From positions 124,001-188,000 of the forward strand of contig NIVC01000991.1 of the NCBI GenBank assembly GCA_002269645.1: DNA of 64,000 nucleotides. Reading direction: 5' to 3'. A program made the translations under genes and the position numbers. The notes beneath the pieces were generated by a model. The model was not told the DNA's origin. It made no database searches and was given only the letters and a program-made list of their open reading frames with translations. Of the stretch, positions 24,856 through 42,661 are shown piece by piece (positions within the stretch are counted from its first letter, which is position 1; every line of letters starts with the position of its first letter). The stretch comes from Macrostomum lignano (Eukaryota).

Positions 24856-25249
24856 AGTGTTCTTTTAGTTAATCCTAAATTTAGAAAAAACATGACACTA
24901 AATTACTTAAAGTAATACCGCAATCAAATTTAGCGAGAAAACTGTGTCGCATACCAAAATTAGAATTAATTTATAGGCATAATTTTCTCCAAATACAAGT
25001 GAAATACAATATATTAATTAGGCAATAAAGTAAGCAAATCAATTGGAAATCAGCAACTTAAGCGTCAGCGGCAAAACAAAAAAATTCTCCATAAAATTAG
25101 TAATAGGAAAGACGTGAAATTTATGTTTTTTCCCAAAACTACTCTATAAACATCGGTAAGCTACGCATTAATTATCAAATGAGTCAGCGCTAATTGTGTG
25201 CCAAGCATTGCGAATGGAGGATTATACTCATATTTAACGATAAGATAGT

Positions 25250-25786
25250 TCACCGGAGCACCAGCAGAGACACGCAGGCGGACAGAATAACGCACAGGAC
25301 AGCGGCTAGCAACCATTGCCGTTTCGAAGGCTTTCCAACTCTAAGAATATGCAGCTTAGCATCTAGCAGAGCCTCCGCCTGAGGAAAACTTGAGCCCAGT
25401 ATGACAAATCCGTGGCCCCGACGGATGTACATTCGACATCGGGGATAAGGATGCTGGCGCATCAGCTCGACTAGAGCGGCCGTATCTTCCGGCGTTGAGA
25501 ATAGCGTCTCAACGTTCGAGCAGGGCACGTTGATTGCAGCAGCTTTTGCCTCGGTTTCAAACGCGTGCCCGTGCAAGCTGACAGACGCTGTGCGACTCTC
25601 CAGCAGGGCCGACCAGTGCAGCGGAGTGTCGCTGGTTGGCTGAATCTCCGAGCTGCTGGCGTAATAGCCGCACGACCAGGCGGTGAAATCGAAGCTTGTG
25701 ACTACGCAGAAGTCGCGCTCGGTGTCCGATGGGCCTTGTGCTCGGCCCGATCTGAGGGGTGACAGCAGTAGCAGTAGTAGTAGTAA

Positions 25787-25843
<57 letters not shown>

Positions 25844-26228
25844 AATAGTAGAAATTTTCACAAAGACTATATTTGTTTTAATCTAAAACATGCCATTAAA
25901 TTCCATAGATCATTTTGTACCTGCTAACCAACAGAGTCAGCTGATCGTCGCCTCCAACGCCGCCTGCAGTTCGCGCCAACACCGCGGCCGCATTGCCAGC
26001 CAGTCGGCCGTCGGGTGCAACCGGCGCAGCGCCTCGGTCCTGCATCCACTCCAGCGCGCAGGCCATGGTCAGCAGGTTGGCGTCGAATTTCTCTCGCTGC
26101 TCGGCGGTGGTGCCGGCAGCGTGCCACCAGTCCTCCAGACGGCCGAGGTAGCGGCAGTTGAACTTGACGCGAACGCCGACCTCGTCTGACACGCCGCCGG
26201 CAGATTTTGAGGCCTCGCCATCGGGCAT
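25250..26228 (-). CDS. Class II aldolase/adducin-fold metalloprotein with C-terminal tail anchor, ~269 aa
   Basis: Exons 25921-26228 and 25250-25751 (phase-2 GT-AG, 810 bp total). Motifs: VKFNC, PDG..AGN, LVSRSG, VTSFD, QPTSDTPLH, SLHGH and RGHGFVILG. It ends KPSKRQWLLAAVLCVILSACVSLLVLR*. An acceptor-like ctaacag near 26280 could add an upstream exon. Confidence 0.8.
25766..25849. repeat. (TAG)n microsatellite in the aldolase-like gene intron
   Basis: About 27 triplets just upstream of the exon 2 acceptor. Confidence 0.95.
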
Positions 26229-26315
26229 TTGAAGGGCTGGACGATTGACGCTGGACTCTGATGACTGATACCTCTGTTAGGCTGTAGCATAAATTGCGTG
26301 CCATGCAATGCGTTC

Positions 26316-26882
26316 AGGATCTGGGAGGCTGGCCCAGCAACTGACACTCTGGGAGGCTGGCCCAGCAACTCAGGATCTGGGAGGCTGGCCCAGCAACTGA
26401 CACTCTGGGAGGCTGGCCCAGCAACTCAGGATCTGGGAGGCTGGCCCAGCAACTCAGGATCTGGGAGGCTGGCCCAGCAACTGAGGATCTGGGAGGCTGG
26501 CCCAGCAACTCAGGATCTGGGAGGCTGGCCCAGCAACTGACACTCTGGGAGGCTGGCCCAGCAACTCAGGATCTGGGAGGCTGGCCCAGCAACTGAGGAT
26601 CTGGGAGGCTGGCCCACTAACTGAGGATCTGGGAGGCTGGCCCACCAACTGAGGATCTGGGAGGCTGGCCCAGCAACTGAGGATCTGGGAGGCTGGCCCA
26701 CCAACTGAGGATCTGGGAGGCTGGCCCAGCAACTGAGGATCTGGGAGGCTGGCCCACCAACTGAGGATCTGGGAGGCTGGCCCAGCAACTGAGGATCTGG
26801 GAGGCTGATCCAGCAACTGAGGATCTGGGAGGCTGGCCCAGCAACTGACACTCTGGGAGGCTGGCCCAGGAACTGAGGATCT
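26316..26882. repeat. 28-bp minisatellite, locus 2 (same family as 5756-6584)
   Basis: Identical consensus and the shared actgacactct variant. Confidence 0.96.
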
Positions 26883-27404
26883 GCTAAGTTCAAAATTAAA
26901 TCGAAGCGAATGCAAATATCAAATTCATTGCCAATATATTTCGTACTAAGCTACTAATTGGTAAGAAGCAGCAGGCTACGACAGACTTTTTAGTGATGCA
27001 GCAAAGCATAAAGCTGATAGGTTCATGAAGTTGGAGAACAGATTATATTATTAATAATGAGACAGAACAACATAGCCACATGGGATACATGGACAGAATA
27101 GGTGGTAATGCTATTTGAGATGTTGCATGCAAATAAAACCTCTCACTAACTAACAAAGATTAGTGAGTTAGAGCCAGGTGAAATCGTACAAGTATGCCAG
27201 AGTGGGTAGTAAAGCGGTAATGAACCTGCATGGATAATATATTAAATATGCAAACAGTGTTAACTGAATAAAATCATACTTTGACTTTTGAAACAGCTCA
27301 AATGGGAAAGAGAAGGAATTAACATGTGAGTAGATTACACTCGAAATGAGATACGAATCTCGTCATAGAGATGCAGGTTGCGACATGGAAAATCTACTAC
27401 GAGA

Positions 27405-27895
27405 TAGGATCTGAATCTCACCCGAGACACGAGATCTGAATCTCACCCGAGACATGAGATCTGAATCTCACTAAAGACATGAGATCTGAATCTCACCCGA
27501 GACATACGAGTAAGATCTGAATCTCACCCAAGACATGAGATCGGAATCTCACCCGAGACATGAGATCTGAATATCACCCGAGACATACGAGTAAGATCTG
27601 AATCTCACCCGAGAAATAAGATCGGAATCTCACCCGAGACACGAGATCTGAATCTCACCCGAGACATGAGATCTGAATCTCACCCGAAACATGAGATCTG
27701 AATCTCACCCTAGACATGAGATCTGAATCTCACTAAAGACATGAGATCTGAATCTCACCCAAGACATGAGATCGGAATCTCCCCCGAGACATGAGATCTG
27801 AATCTCACCCGAGACATACGAGTAAGATCTGAATCTCACCCGAGACATACGAGTAAGATCTGAATCTCACCCTAGACATGAGATCTGAATTTCAC
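27405..27895. repeat. 25-bp minisatellite
   Basis: Unit gagatctgaatctcacccgagacat, with a recurring acgagta insertion variant. Confidence 0.93.
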
Positions 27896-28134
27896 TTTCT
27901 ACCCGAGTCCTGGAATCCCGCAATCAATATGATACCTGGAAAACACACCCAAAAGTCTCACTCTTAGATAGAGAATTGCAACCTGGCCCTTATTAAGCTC
28001 GTATCAGATCTGAGCCTAATAACGAACAATAGATTTTGGAGAAAACACACACCCAATATAACTTGAAGCAAACAAGCAAAACCGAATCAAATTAAGCAAT
28101 GAAGTTCACTTTTTATAAACAACCCCAACTTGTT

Positions 28135-32626
<4,492 letters not shown>

Positions 32627-33814
32627 TCAACAGCGGATTGCGTTGGGCGTGAGTAAAGCTTAGAGGTGAGCTTGACAGCAAGACAATTGCAAAGATGGTA
32701 ATAATCTGAAAAAAAACCTGCGGGATTAGTAAACTGAATGAGTGTATTATTTTATTTTATAATGAAAATATTACTAGCAAACCTCTCCTTTGATTAATAA
32801 TCAAGTTATGGTAATCCTGTGTTTGTATTATTACACCTATCCTTATTGATCCCCTATTCATGATAATCCACATATCTTTAATAATCCCCTTTTCATGATA
32901 GACTACGAATCCTTATTAATCCACTATTCACTACAATCAAATCCTTATTAATTCCCTATTCACGATAATCCACCTATCCTTACTAATCCAATCCTTAATA
33001 ATCTCCAATTCACGATAACCGCCTCATTCGTAATAATCCCCTATTCACAATAATCCACCCGATCCTTATCAGCAATAATACTATCCTCAAGTTAATCCCA
33101 AGCCATACTGCCTCTACAAGTTAAAAATAGAAATCAGAAACACGCGAGCCAAAAAAGAATCAGGATACGCGCAGTGTATTCACATAGGTTAATTAATCCG
33201 ATTTGGAATTGACAATAAACGGCCACAAAACAAAAATAACGACAATGACTAAAACACATACAAACTGAGAAGCTTGATCTTTCCGATTAAAATCAATAAT
33301 GCGAATTTGCCAAAAATGCTCTAAACAACAGCTACTGTGTCAATTCTTCATCTGAACTGTTTTAAAAACAAAATATAAAATCTATTATAAAAAACTCAAA
33401 ATACTTTTAATATTGAAGCAAAACAACAATGAAAGCGCTACAGAGAACACAGGAGAATAATAAAAAATACTGCATTGTTACTGAAAAAGACAATTCACTC
33501 GACAACAAAAACATATATAATAGGAATTATAAAATATAAAATTATGACTTCTAACTCCATTTATAGGGCATTCGACGCTTCTAAGCTAACTAATTAATCT
33601 AAGTTGTTGTTTATTAATCACGAGAAATGCTCACAACAACGAACGCTCTTACTAATAGTAGAATGTATCAGAAAAAAAACACTGAGCGATTTAAAAATTG
33701 AATCGACTGGAAAGTATCACTTTACGGCTTACTTAATTAATGTGGATCTAATTTACTAAGACAAAGAGTATTGCGCTTCAGTTGTGATTGTCATTGTGAT
33801 TCAGGAGGTGATTA

Positions 33815-34390
33815 TCAGTGATTTAGGGACTGATTATCAGTGTGATTCAGGTGATTATCAGTGTGATTCAGGTGATTATCAGTGTGATTCAGGGGCTGAT
33901 TATCAGTGTGATTCAGGGGCTGATTATCAGTGTGATTCAGGGGCTGATTATCGGTGTGATTCAGGGGCTGATTATCGGTGTGATTCAGGGGCTGATTATC
34001 AGTGTGATTCAGGGGCTGATTATCAGTGTGATTCAGGGGCTGATTATCAGTGTGATTCAGGGACTGATTATCGGTGTGATTCAGGGGCTGATTATCAGTG
34101 TGATTCAGGGGCTGATTATCAGTGTGATTCAGGGGCTGATTATCAGTGTGATTCAGGGACTGATTATCGGTGTGATTCAGGGGCTGATTATCAGTGTGAT
34201 TCAGGGGCTGATTATCAGTGTGATTCAGGGACTGATTATCAGTGTGATTCAGGGACTGATTATCAGTGTGATTCAGGGACTGATTATCGGTGTGATTCAG
34301 GGGCTGATTATGAGTGTGATTCAGGTCGTTACTCGTTATCAGTGTGATTCAGGTCGTTATCATTTGGATTCAGGGGAAGGTTATCAGTGA
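33815..34390. repeat. 24-bp minisatellite
   Basis: Unit ctgattatcagtgtgattcagggg, ~22 copies, between the RGS 3' end and the zinc-finger gene 5' end. Confidence 0.96.
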
Positions 34391-34546
34391 TTCAAAGGGG
34401 CATGATTACTGAGGTTTAAGAGCGATGAAGTTTAAACACTGGAATGAGATCTTGATATATCCAAGAACTTTTTACTACCGATATGTAAACGTAAATCGAT
34501 TTGGATCGCTTTGCGCGTGGATACGAGATGTAGAGTGTTGTCAAAG

Positions 34547-37500
34547 TCAGTTGGTGCCGCCGCCGCCGCCGCCGCCGCCGCCACAGCTTCCACCGCTGGA
34601 GCTGGTCGTGGCAACGGCACCGGTAGCAGCCGCCGCTATGTCGGTGTCACCCGGACATCCGCCGCTATTAGGGTCGGAAGAGGGGCCGGCGCCGCCAGAC
34701 GAAGCAGTGGCCGCCAGATTTTTTCTAACATCGCTAGGAAATCGTTTCTTACTTTTCTTTTTACAGCCGGCCAACAGGTCGCGATAATAGTCGGAGTGAA
34801 CAAACCGACTATAAGAGTCCGTCCTCATCAGCTGATAGATATTCTCTTCGGCCTCTTCGAATGCGAATCGATCCGATAGCCGGCCTTCCATTCGACGTCG
34901 GACTCGTTCGGCCACGTGGCCGGCCAAGTTGACCGGCTCTTGGGCGTCCGGGCCGAGAAAATTCGAATAGATTCGCTGCAGCTCGGCGCCAACTTGGCTC
35001 AGGGGGATTCGGCGAAGTTCCTGACAAGGATTTTAGCGTAGGCGGGGAGAGCGGTGAGAGGCTGTTCTACAAGGCGGATGGGGTCCGATTTTTAATGCTG
35101 GATTAGAGGCGATTTTTAGGGTGCTTGATGAAGGCAATTATAATATCGCTTGGAGGGCGATTCTCAGGGTGATTGAAGGGCGATTCTCAGGGTGATTGAA
35201 GGGCGATTCTCAGGGTGATTGAAGGGCGATTCTCAGGGTGATTGAAGGGCGATTCTCAGGGTGATTGAAGGGCGATTCTCAGGGTGATTGAAGGGCGATT
35301 CTCAGGGTGATTGAAGGGCGATTCTCAGGGTGATTGAAGGGCGATTCTCAGGGTGATTGAAGGGCGATTCTCAGGGTGATTGAAGGGCGATTCTCAGGAT
35401 GATTGAAGGGCGATTCTCAGGGTGATTGAAGGGCGATTCTCAGAGTGATGAAAGAGCAATTTTCAGGGTTATTAAAGGGCGATTTTCAGGGTGATAGAAG
35501 GGCGATTCTCAGCGTTGTTAAAGGGCGATTCTTAAGGTGGTTAAAGGGCGATTCTTAGGGTTGTTAAGGGCGATTCTCTGGGTGATAAAAGGGAAATTCT
35601 CAGGGTGATTAAAGGGCGATTCTCAGGGTGATTAGAGAGAGATTCTCACTGTGAATAAACTGATACAATGGGATATAAGGCAAATTCAACTCGAATTCTA
35701 GATGGATATATTGAAAGTGATTAACAAAGGTGAGTTACTTAATTCCTTAAGACTAGGGTTGAAAATTCCAGTTCCCAGAGCATTAAACCTGAACCCACGT
35801 TTTCCATGTTTTCGGTAATGAAATTTCCTAAAAGAAATCGATTTAACGTGTCTGCATGCTTGCGTGCTAAAAAAAAGATTTTATTTAGAAATTACAATTT
35901 TCTGCTTGGATAATTGGCTGAAGCATCTGGGAGGGCGGACGATATCCATGTCCTTAATTTCGATTGCAATAATAATATTTTTTCTACTGACAAGTTAGAA
36001 AACTATGGTTTAGGGATCTAGACTATTGGTTTGGGGTTTTAGACTATTGGTTTACGGACTTAGATTATTGGTTTAGGGATCTAGACTATTGGTTTAGGGA
36101 TCTAGATTATTGGTTTAGGGATCTAGATTATTGGTTTAGGGATCTAGACTATTGGTTTAGGGATCTAGATTATTGGTTTAGGGATCTAGATTATTGATTT
36201 AGGGATCTAGATTATCGGTTTAGGGATCTAGACTATTGGTTTAGGGTTCTAGACTATTTGCTATTTCTGCAAATATTTGCTATTTATAAACATAAAAGCA
36301 TCAACACTAAACAAACCTGACAAGCCTCCCAGAAGCTGAGGTTCTCCCTGCTAAACTCCTTCTCCAGCCAGCGCTCGAACTCAATTCTACCAGCCGGGTC
36401 CCTTAGCAACTCTTGCATGTCGAAGGCCCATCGCTTCACCCGCCTAGCCGGTATGTCGTGAGTTCGCCGTTCCGACTCCCAAAACTCTAGCGAATCCGTG
36501 GCCCATGGATTCGGACAGGACTCCGGTAGGCCGCCGCCTAAGAATGCGTCGAATTCCAGCCACTGGCTGCAGTGGGCGGTGAAGCACTCGGCCGATTTCG
36601 ATATCTGTGAATTAAAGGGTGATGTAATAGCGGTCAGATCGGACATGAAATATAAAAACATGCTAGATTAAAGAACAGCAGTTTGACCAGCCCGGCTGGG
36701 ACGCTGCAATCTGGCGATAGGAACAGGCGGACAGGAACGCTACCGGTGAGGACAGGCACCCTACCGGTGAGGACAGGCACCCTACCGGTGAGGACAGGCA
36801 CCCTACCGGTGAGGACAGGCACCCTACCGGTGAGGACAGGCACCCTACCGGTGAGGACAGGCACCCTACCGGTGAGGACAGGCACCCTACCGGTGAGGAC
36901 AGGCACCCTACCGGTGAGGACAGGCACCCTACCGGTGAGGACAGGCACCCTACCGGTGAGGACAGGCACCCTACCGGTGAGGACAGGCACCCTACCGGTG
37001 AGGACAGGCACCCTACTGGTGAGGACAGGCACAATACCGGTGAGGACAGGCACCCTACCGGTGAGGACAGGCACCCTACCGGTGAGGACAGGCACCCTAC
37101 CGGTGAGGACAGGCACCCTACCGGTGAGGACAGGCACCCTACCGGTGAGGACAGGCACCCTACCGGTGAGGACAGGCACCCTACCGGTGAGGACAGGCAC
37201 CCTACCGGTGAGGACAGGCACCCTACCGGTGAGTAGAACCACCCTACCGGTGAAGACAGGCACCCTACCGGTGAGGACAGGCACCCTACCGGTGAGGACA
37301 GGCACCCTACCGGTGAAGACAGGCACCCTACCGGTGAGGACAGGCACAATACCGGTGAGGACAGGCACCCTACCGGTGAGGACAGGCACCCTACCGGTGA
37401 GGACAGACATGCATCTCAAATTTGGTTTGCTTGTCGAAACAATCCATGCAGATGAATCAGGAATCTATCAACATGCAAATAGAAGCTTGTCACAGCGAAG

Positions 37501-38103
37501 TGATCTTATTAAAGAAACAGAAGAAATCTACAGAATACATAAAATAAACCAGTCAATGACCAAGCTAATTATTCATGCCCGCTTGCGTACACCCGATACC
37601 GACTATCGATACTGTGCCTTTCTAGCTAATCCAAGGGGAAATATCTAAGCGGGGAAATAAGCACAAGCGAATGCGTCGCAACAGCAGAAGTCTGGCAGTG
37701 GCGGGATCTGTTCTTTGAAGATAAATGTAGAGAATTCTAAGCAGAAATGGAGAGATCGCCGAACCAAGGACCTGACAGAGAAGCAGTGGCCTCGCTTGTG
37801 AATTCCTTTGATGAGAAGAAGTCCTCTCTCAATATATTAATGAATTATGCACTAAATTCCAGCTGAATATATTCCTTTTTAAATTCTAAGTGTCCCGTTG
37901 ATTGAATTGGCCTTCGAACGACATTAATAAATTATTTTTAGGAAATAGGTGCATCTTATCTATTATCAAGACGTAATAGATGGCACATGATAGATATGTA
38001 GATGAACAGAGAAACAGACAGACAGATAGACAGACAGACACTCAGACAGACAGACAGACAGACAGACACTAAGACACTAAGACACTAAGACAGACAGACA
38101 CTA

Positions 38104-38138
<35 letters not shown>

Positions 38139-38191
38139 AAGACAGACAGACAGACAGACACTCAGACAGACAGACAGACAGACAGACAGAA

Positions 38192-38268
<77 letters not shown>

Positions 38269-38410
38269 CTAAGACAGACTAACACACAGACAGACAGACA
38301 GCCAGACAGACAGACAGACGACAGACAGACAGACAGACACTAAGACAGACTAACACACAGACAGACAGACAGCCAGACAGCCAGACAGACAGACAGACAC
38401 TAAGACACTA

Positions 38411-38471
<61 letters not shown>

Positions 38472-40790
38472 CTAAGACAGACAGACACACAGACAGACAG
38501 ACAGCCAGACAAACAGACACAGCTGGATAACATTCCACAACAAAAGCCAGCACTCACCCGAACCCTGCAGCGGGCCAGCGCGGCCCTCAGCTTATCAGCG
38601 TGCATATCGGATTCGCAAGCCTCAACCGGGCTGACCCGGCCGCTCGGTATGGGAAAATTTGCGGGTCTCTGGCTGGGCTTCTTTGGCCGTTTGGCCCGGC
38701 AGAGCTTGCGCATATCCAGCTCGGTGCTGCTCACGGTGCCCGGGGGCGGTCTGTACAGAATCCAGAAACCGCGCTCTTGACTTTCCAGGACTCGACGCTC
38801 CAAACGGTCGCATTTCCTAGAAAGTTAGCCATTAGATTTACTATATCGAAGAAAACGGTACCCACGCCAAGAAGCGTCCCAGAGTTACTTGTGTCGCCCC
38901 AGAGTCGTTGCTGATAACACAGGTAAAATAAGAAGAAAGTGACTGTAGATGACTCTAAAACGACGATAAAAGCCGCCAAAAAGTGGTCCAAGATCCGCTT
39001 AAGAGTCCATTTTGAGGCTTTTTGATTTTCTGCGACTCTGAAGTGATTCTGGGGCGACTCGAGTGACTCTTAGGCGACTCAAGCGACTCTAGTGACTCTT
39101 GGGCGACTCTAGTGACTCTTGAGCGACTTAAGCGACTCTTGGGCGACTCAAGCGACTCTAGTGACTCTTGGGCGACTCTAGTGACTCTTGGGCGACTCTA
39201 GTGACTCTTGGGCGACTTTAGTGACTCTTGGGCGACTCTAGTGACTCTTGAGCGACTCTAGTGACTCTTGGACGACTCAAGTGACTATGGGCGCTTCTAT
39301 AATAACTCTGGAGCCGTTGAGTCGAATCTTAGGCGTGCTAGAGTCACTGTAGAATCACTGAGTTGCGTGTAAAGAGCATCTGCCTCATTTTTCTAATTAT
39401 AATCGTAATTACTTGAGTTTTACTCGGATAATAGGGAGAGAGACAAGATTAGTAACTTCACGCTTCAGGCGCGACTTTTAACAAGGAACACGGCAAGCCC
39501 TCATTCCACTAAGGGGCACCTTAGACCTTTAACTAAGCTCCCCCGGATAGACCTTAAAAGGACTATCATTATTCCATGTCAAGTTTGTATGCACACAATT
39601 GCACAATTGCAACAAAAGATAAGAATCGTGACTAGTCTTACTACTGGAATTTAACAGTCAGTTGCAGCTGGTTACCTAGCGGCACACGGCTGTCGGGTAA
39701 CTTAAAATTCTAATTATAACACATACTACTATTAGTAGACTTCACTAGCTAAAAAGCATGGATAGTTGGAACCTGATGCTTTTTTTGGAAACATCTGTTG
39801 CTTGAAATAGCTAAATGGGCTGCTAAACCAGTGAATATTACCACCAAACCAAATAACGCACAATTCCACTAATTACCTGTCAACTTTAGCCTCAGCCTCA
39901 GCTTGCAAATAAATCAATTCCCATTTATGCGACAACAATCGTTGCAATCTAGCCAAGTTTTCAGCTTCATAATCGGCCAGTTCTAATCGCTGCTTATTTA
40001 ATAGAGTCCGCTTGCACAGGTAAACAGCATAGTCGGTGTTATCTAATCTCTCCGGAGATTTACTCGGCCATAGACATGGAGTTTGAAATCGATAATAGGA
40101 GGAATCGTTGCGAACAACTAACTGATGCCCTTCAACAGGTATGATGTAACCGTGAGTAGCCAGCATAGTAGCCAAATGGGACGCTTCCTGAGCATCATCA
40201 GCGTCAGCGTTGGCCTGCAGCCAGCTGCACATCTCCGCCCCAGTGAAACACGACGGCCTGGAGGACATAAACGATTTCACGGTGCGAACACTAATACCAG
40301 AATCTTCGTTCTGCATCCGTTCTAATAGGCGCTCCAACTTAGTCCACAGGTAAGTGTTCGGATGCTGCAGTCGTTCCAGCTGATGCTGATGATGCGGCTG
40401 GTGATGAAGTATGCGCTGGCGTCGACTACTGCTACCTGCACTGCTGCTTCCGCCAGCAACGCCAGCAGCAAATGTCACTGAAGGACCCGCTAAACTAGTT
40501 GACGAAGTTGAGGAAGACGCCACCACTGATGCCGATGCTGCGGACGATGATGAAGCTCCAGATAAGCCAGCAGCTGGACTGCCTGTTGACCTAGTGGACG
40601 AAGTCGATGGTGAATGATGACCTGGAGACAAAGTCACATTGTTATTGGACTGCGTCATATTCTGGTGGTGGTGATGCTGATAATTGGAGTGTTTGAGAAT
40701 TCCACCGCCTAAGGAGCCGCTGCTGCCGGCACCAGTGCTGCCGCTGCTACTACTGCCACTGTGGGAGTTCACTTTGCGTCTGTGTACCAT
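34547..40790 (-). CDS. RGS7: R7-family regulator of G-protein signalling (DEP, DHEX, GGL and RGS domains; RGS6/7, EGL-10-like), ~644 aa
   Basis: Exons 39877-40790, 38558-38816, 36317-36604 and 34547-35020 (phases 2,0,0; 1935 bp). Motifs: [88 protein letters not shown]. Confidence 0.93.
35150..35640. repeat. 23-bp minisatellite in RGS intron 3
   Basis: Unit gggcgattctcagggtgattgaa. Confidence 0.95.
36003..36255. repeat. 21-bp minisatellite in RGS intron 3
   Basis: Unit ctagattattggtttagggat. Confidence 0.93.
36733..37407. repeat. 21-bp minisatellite in RGS intron 2, ~32 near-perfect copies
   Basis: Unit accctaccggtgaggacaggc. Confidence 0.97.
38015..38520. repeat. (CAGA)n microsatellite in RGS intron 2
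   Basis: Direct reading. Confidence 0.96.
38930..39360. repeat. GACTC-rich element with an internal 20-bp tandem repeat in RGS intron 1
   Basis: Unit gactcttgggcgactctagt at ~39040-39300. The flanks resemble 10818-11360. Confidence 0.7.
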
Positions 40791-42098
40791 CCAGCAATTC
40801 TAAGCAGTACAAATGGTATGATTTTTTGGGCCAACTGGACCTCTTTTGTATGTAGAAATCTGTGCACCGAATAATTGCTTTTCTTCTGGCTGCCCAGCAT
40901 GCAATTGAACCAAGTAGATGTCAAACTGTCAATAACTATATAAGATATTATTAATTTTGAAGTTTTAAGTAGTAAATACTAGCATGAACAATAAAATATA
41001 AAAGCTCTAAAACTTATACAGAGTCAAGATTTAATCTATTAGGTCATCTTTAATAAAGGAGGTACAAATTAGCTGATTAACTAGGCTTTTAATGTGCATA
41101 TTGCTACCAGGTTGCTATAAAAACACAAATAAAAAATCAGGTTGACAGGCAAAAAATTAAAATAGAAAATTTGTTAACCTTGATGTCAGCTTGACATTTG
41201 ACCAAGGAAAAAACATTTAATATCATATTTATATATATGTTATATGATATTGGTCAAAGGTCAATGCTAATATCAGTAAGACATTAGCCAATGTTGGATT
41301 ATTTTATAGGCTATGCTTATCTTAGGCCCTATGTCTAACATTATTATTTTAATATATATAATATATTATATTATGATAAAATTTGAATCTAGGTCTACTC
41401 CTAAGCCTTTAGCCATACTATCTAGGTTTTTGAGCATAGAATGTGCCTTTAAACCCTGAATTTTGAAATTGCACCTTGAAATTGAAAAAGTAGATACAAT
41501 TTAGATATGGTCTCACAAACTATTTTCTTTTTTAGGCCTTATTTGCACTTAGAAAAAAGAGAAATTGCATTCTGAGCCCTAAAATTGCACTTTGAAATTG
41601 GTTACAATGTGTAATTTGGCATCTTGTCTCAGGAAAAAACTAGCTAACTATCTAATATATAGTATTATTAGCAATAGTAAATTTTGATAATAGACCATCT
41701 TGGCAATAATGATTTTGCTTAATAGAATCAAGTCACTATGGCTTTGGTAAAAACCTTGTTGGTAACAAAGGCTTTATTTTAAATAGCTTATAATGATCTT
41801 TCTAATTCTATTATATATTTTTAATAAAAACATTTATAATTTAAAAAATGAATTCTTTATTAGCAATATTAATAAGAACTTTATTTGAAATAAATTATAA
41901 TGACTACTCTTTCTATATATCCTTGACAATGAATATATTGATAAAGATAATAGGAAAACGAATTAGCTATAAAGCTTAAAGTAAATAGCTAGATCTAAGT
42001 CTAATGATAAATAAAGTTAAAGCTTTAACCTACTAAGTCTAGGTTACTAGTCAAATAAAATTTTATTTGATTTTTTTTAGATATTAATTGCATACAAG

Positions 42099-42661
42099 CC
42101 AGGTTGCAGATGGTATGCATGTATGCTGGAACTTTTCCGATGTACAAAATGGCCACCTTAAGTCCTTGGCGTACACAATCAGCATACACAACCCTTGGCG
42201 CGTTGGCATACACTATTGGCATACACAAGTAACACAGCCATGCATACTTTTTTGGCATACAAATTTTGGTGAATAAATTCATGCCGTTCATGAAAATTGT
42301 AATGTAAATTAACATTTTTACGTAAAGTAAAGGAAAATTTATATCGTCAGTGATAAACTTTTTGCTTTTTTTAAATTAATAAATAAAATTAGTGTAAATT
42401 TTTGCTAAGAGTATTAATTTTGCATCATATTTTGTAGGTATAATTTAAGTTTGTTTAAATTGAAAATATTCGTAATATTTTAAAAACACTTTTCATACAA
42501 AAGCCTTTCTTAGAAAACTCTACTCATGAAACCGAATGACCTTTTTTAGGAATTTTTGGTGTACATTAGTGCAACTTTTTGTTTTTGGCGTACACTGGCA
42601 TACAAAGTCCTTGACGCCCAAATTTTTTCCAGCGTACATGGGTACATGATCCGCACACTGG
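42099..42661. mobile_element. MITE with imperfect ~33-bp TIRs and an 8-bp TSD (hAT-like)
   Basis: TSD catacaag at 42091-42098 and 42662-42669 (extendable to 10 bp if the termini are CAG/CTG). Termini are CCAG...CTGG, and the interior is rich in GCATAC motifs. Confidence 0.7.

Noticed and set aside
25752-25861. Poly-Leu signal peptide at the start of ORF 25250-25861
   Set aside because: It is the intronic (TAG)n microsatellite read on the minus strand. The real exon starts at the acceptor at 25751.
33784-34390. Cys/Asp repeat protein (DYQCDSGA)n
   Set aside because: It is a 24-bp minisatellite that is open in two frames, has only a GTG or internal start, and lacks exon context.
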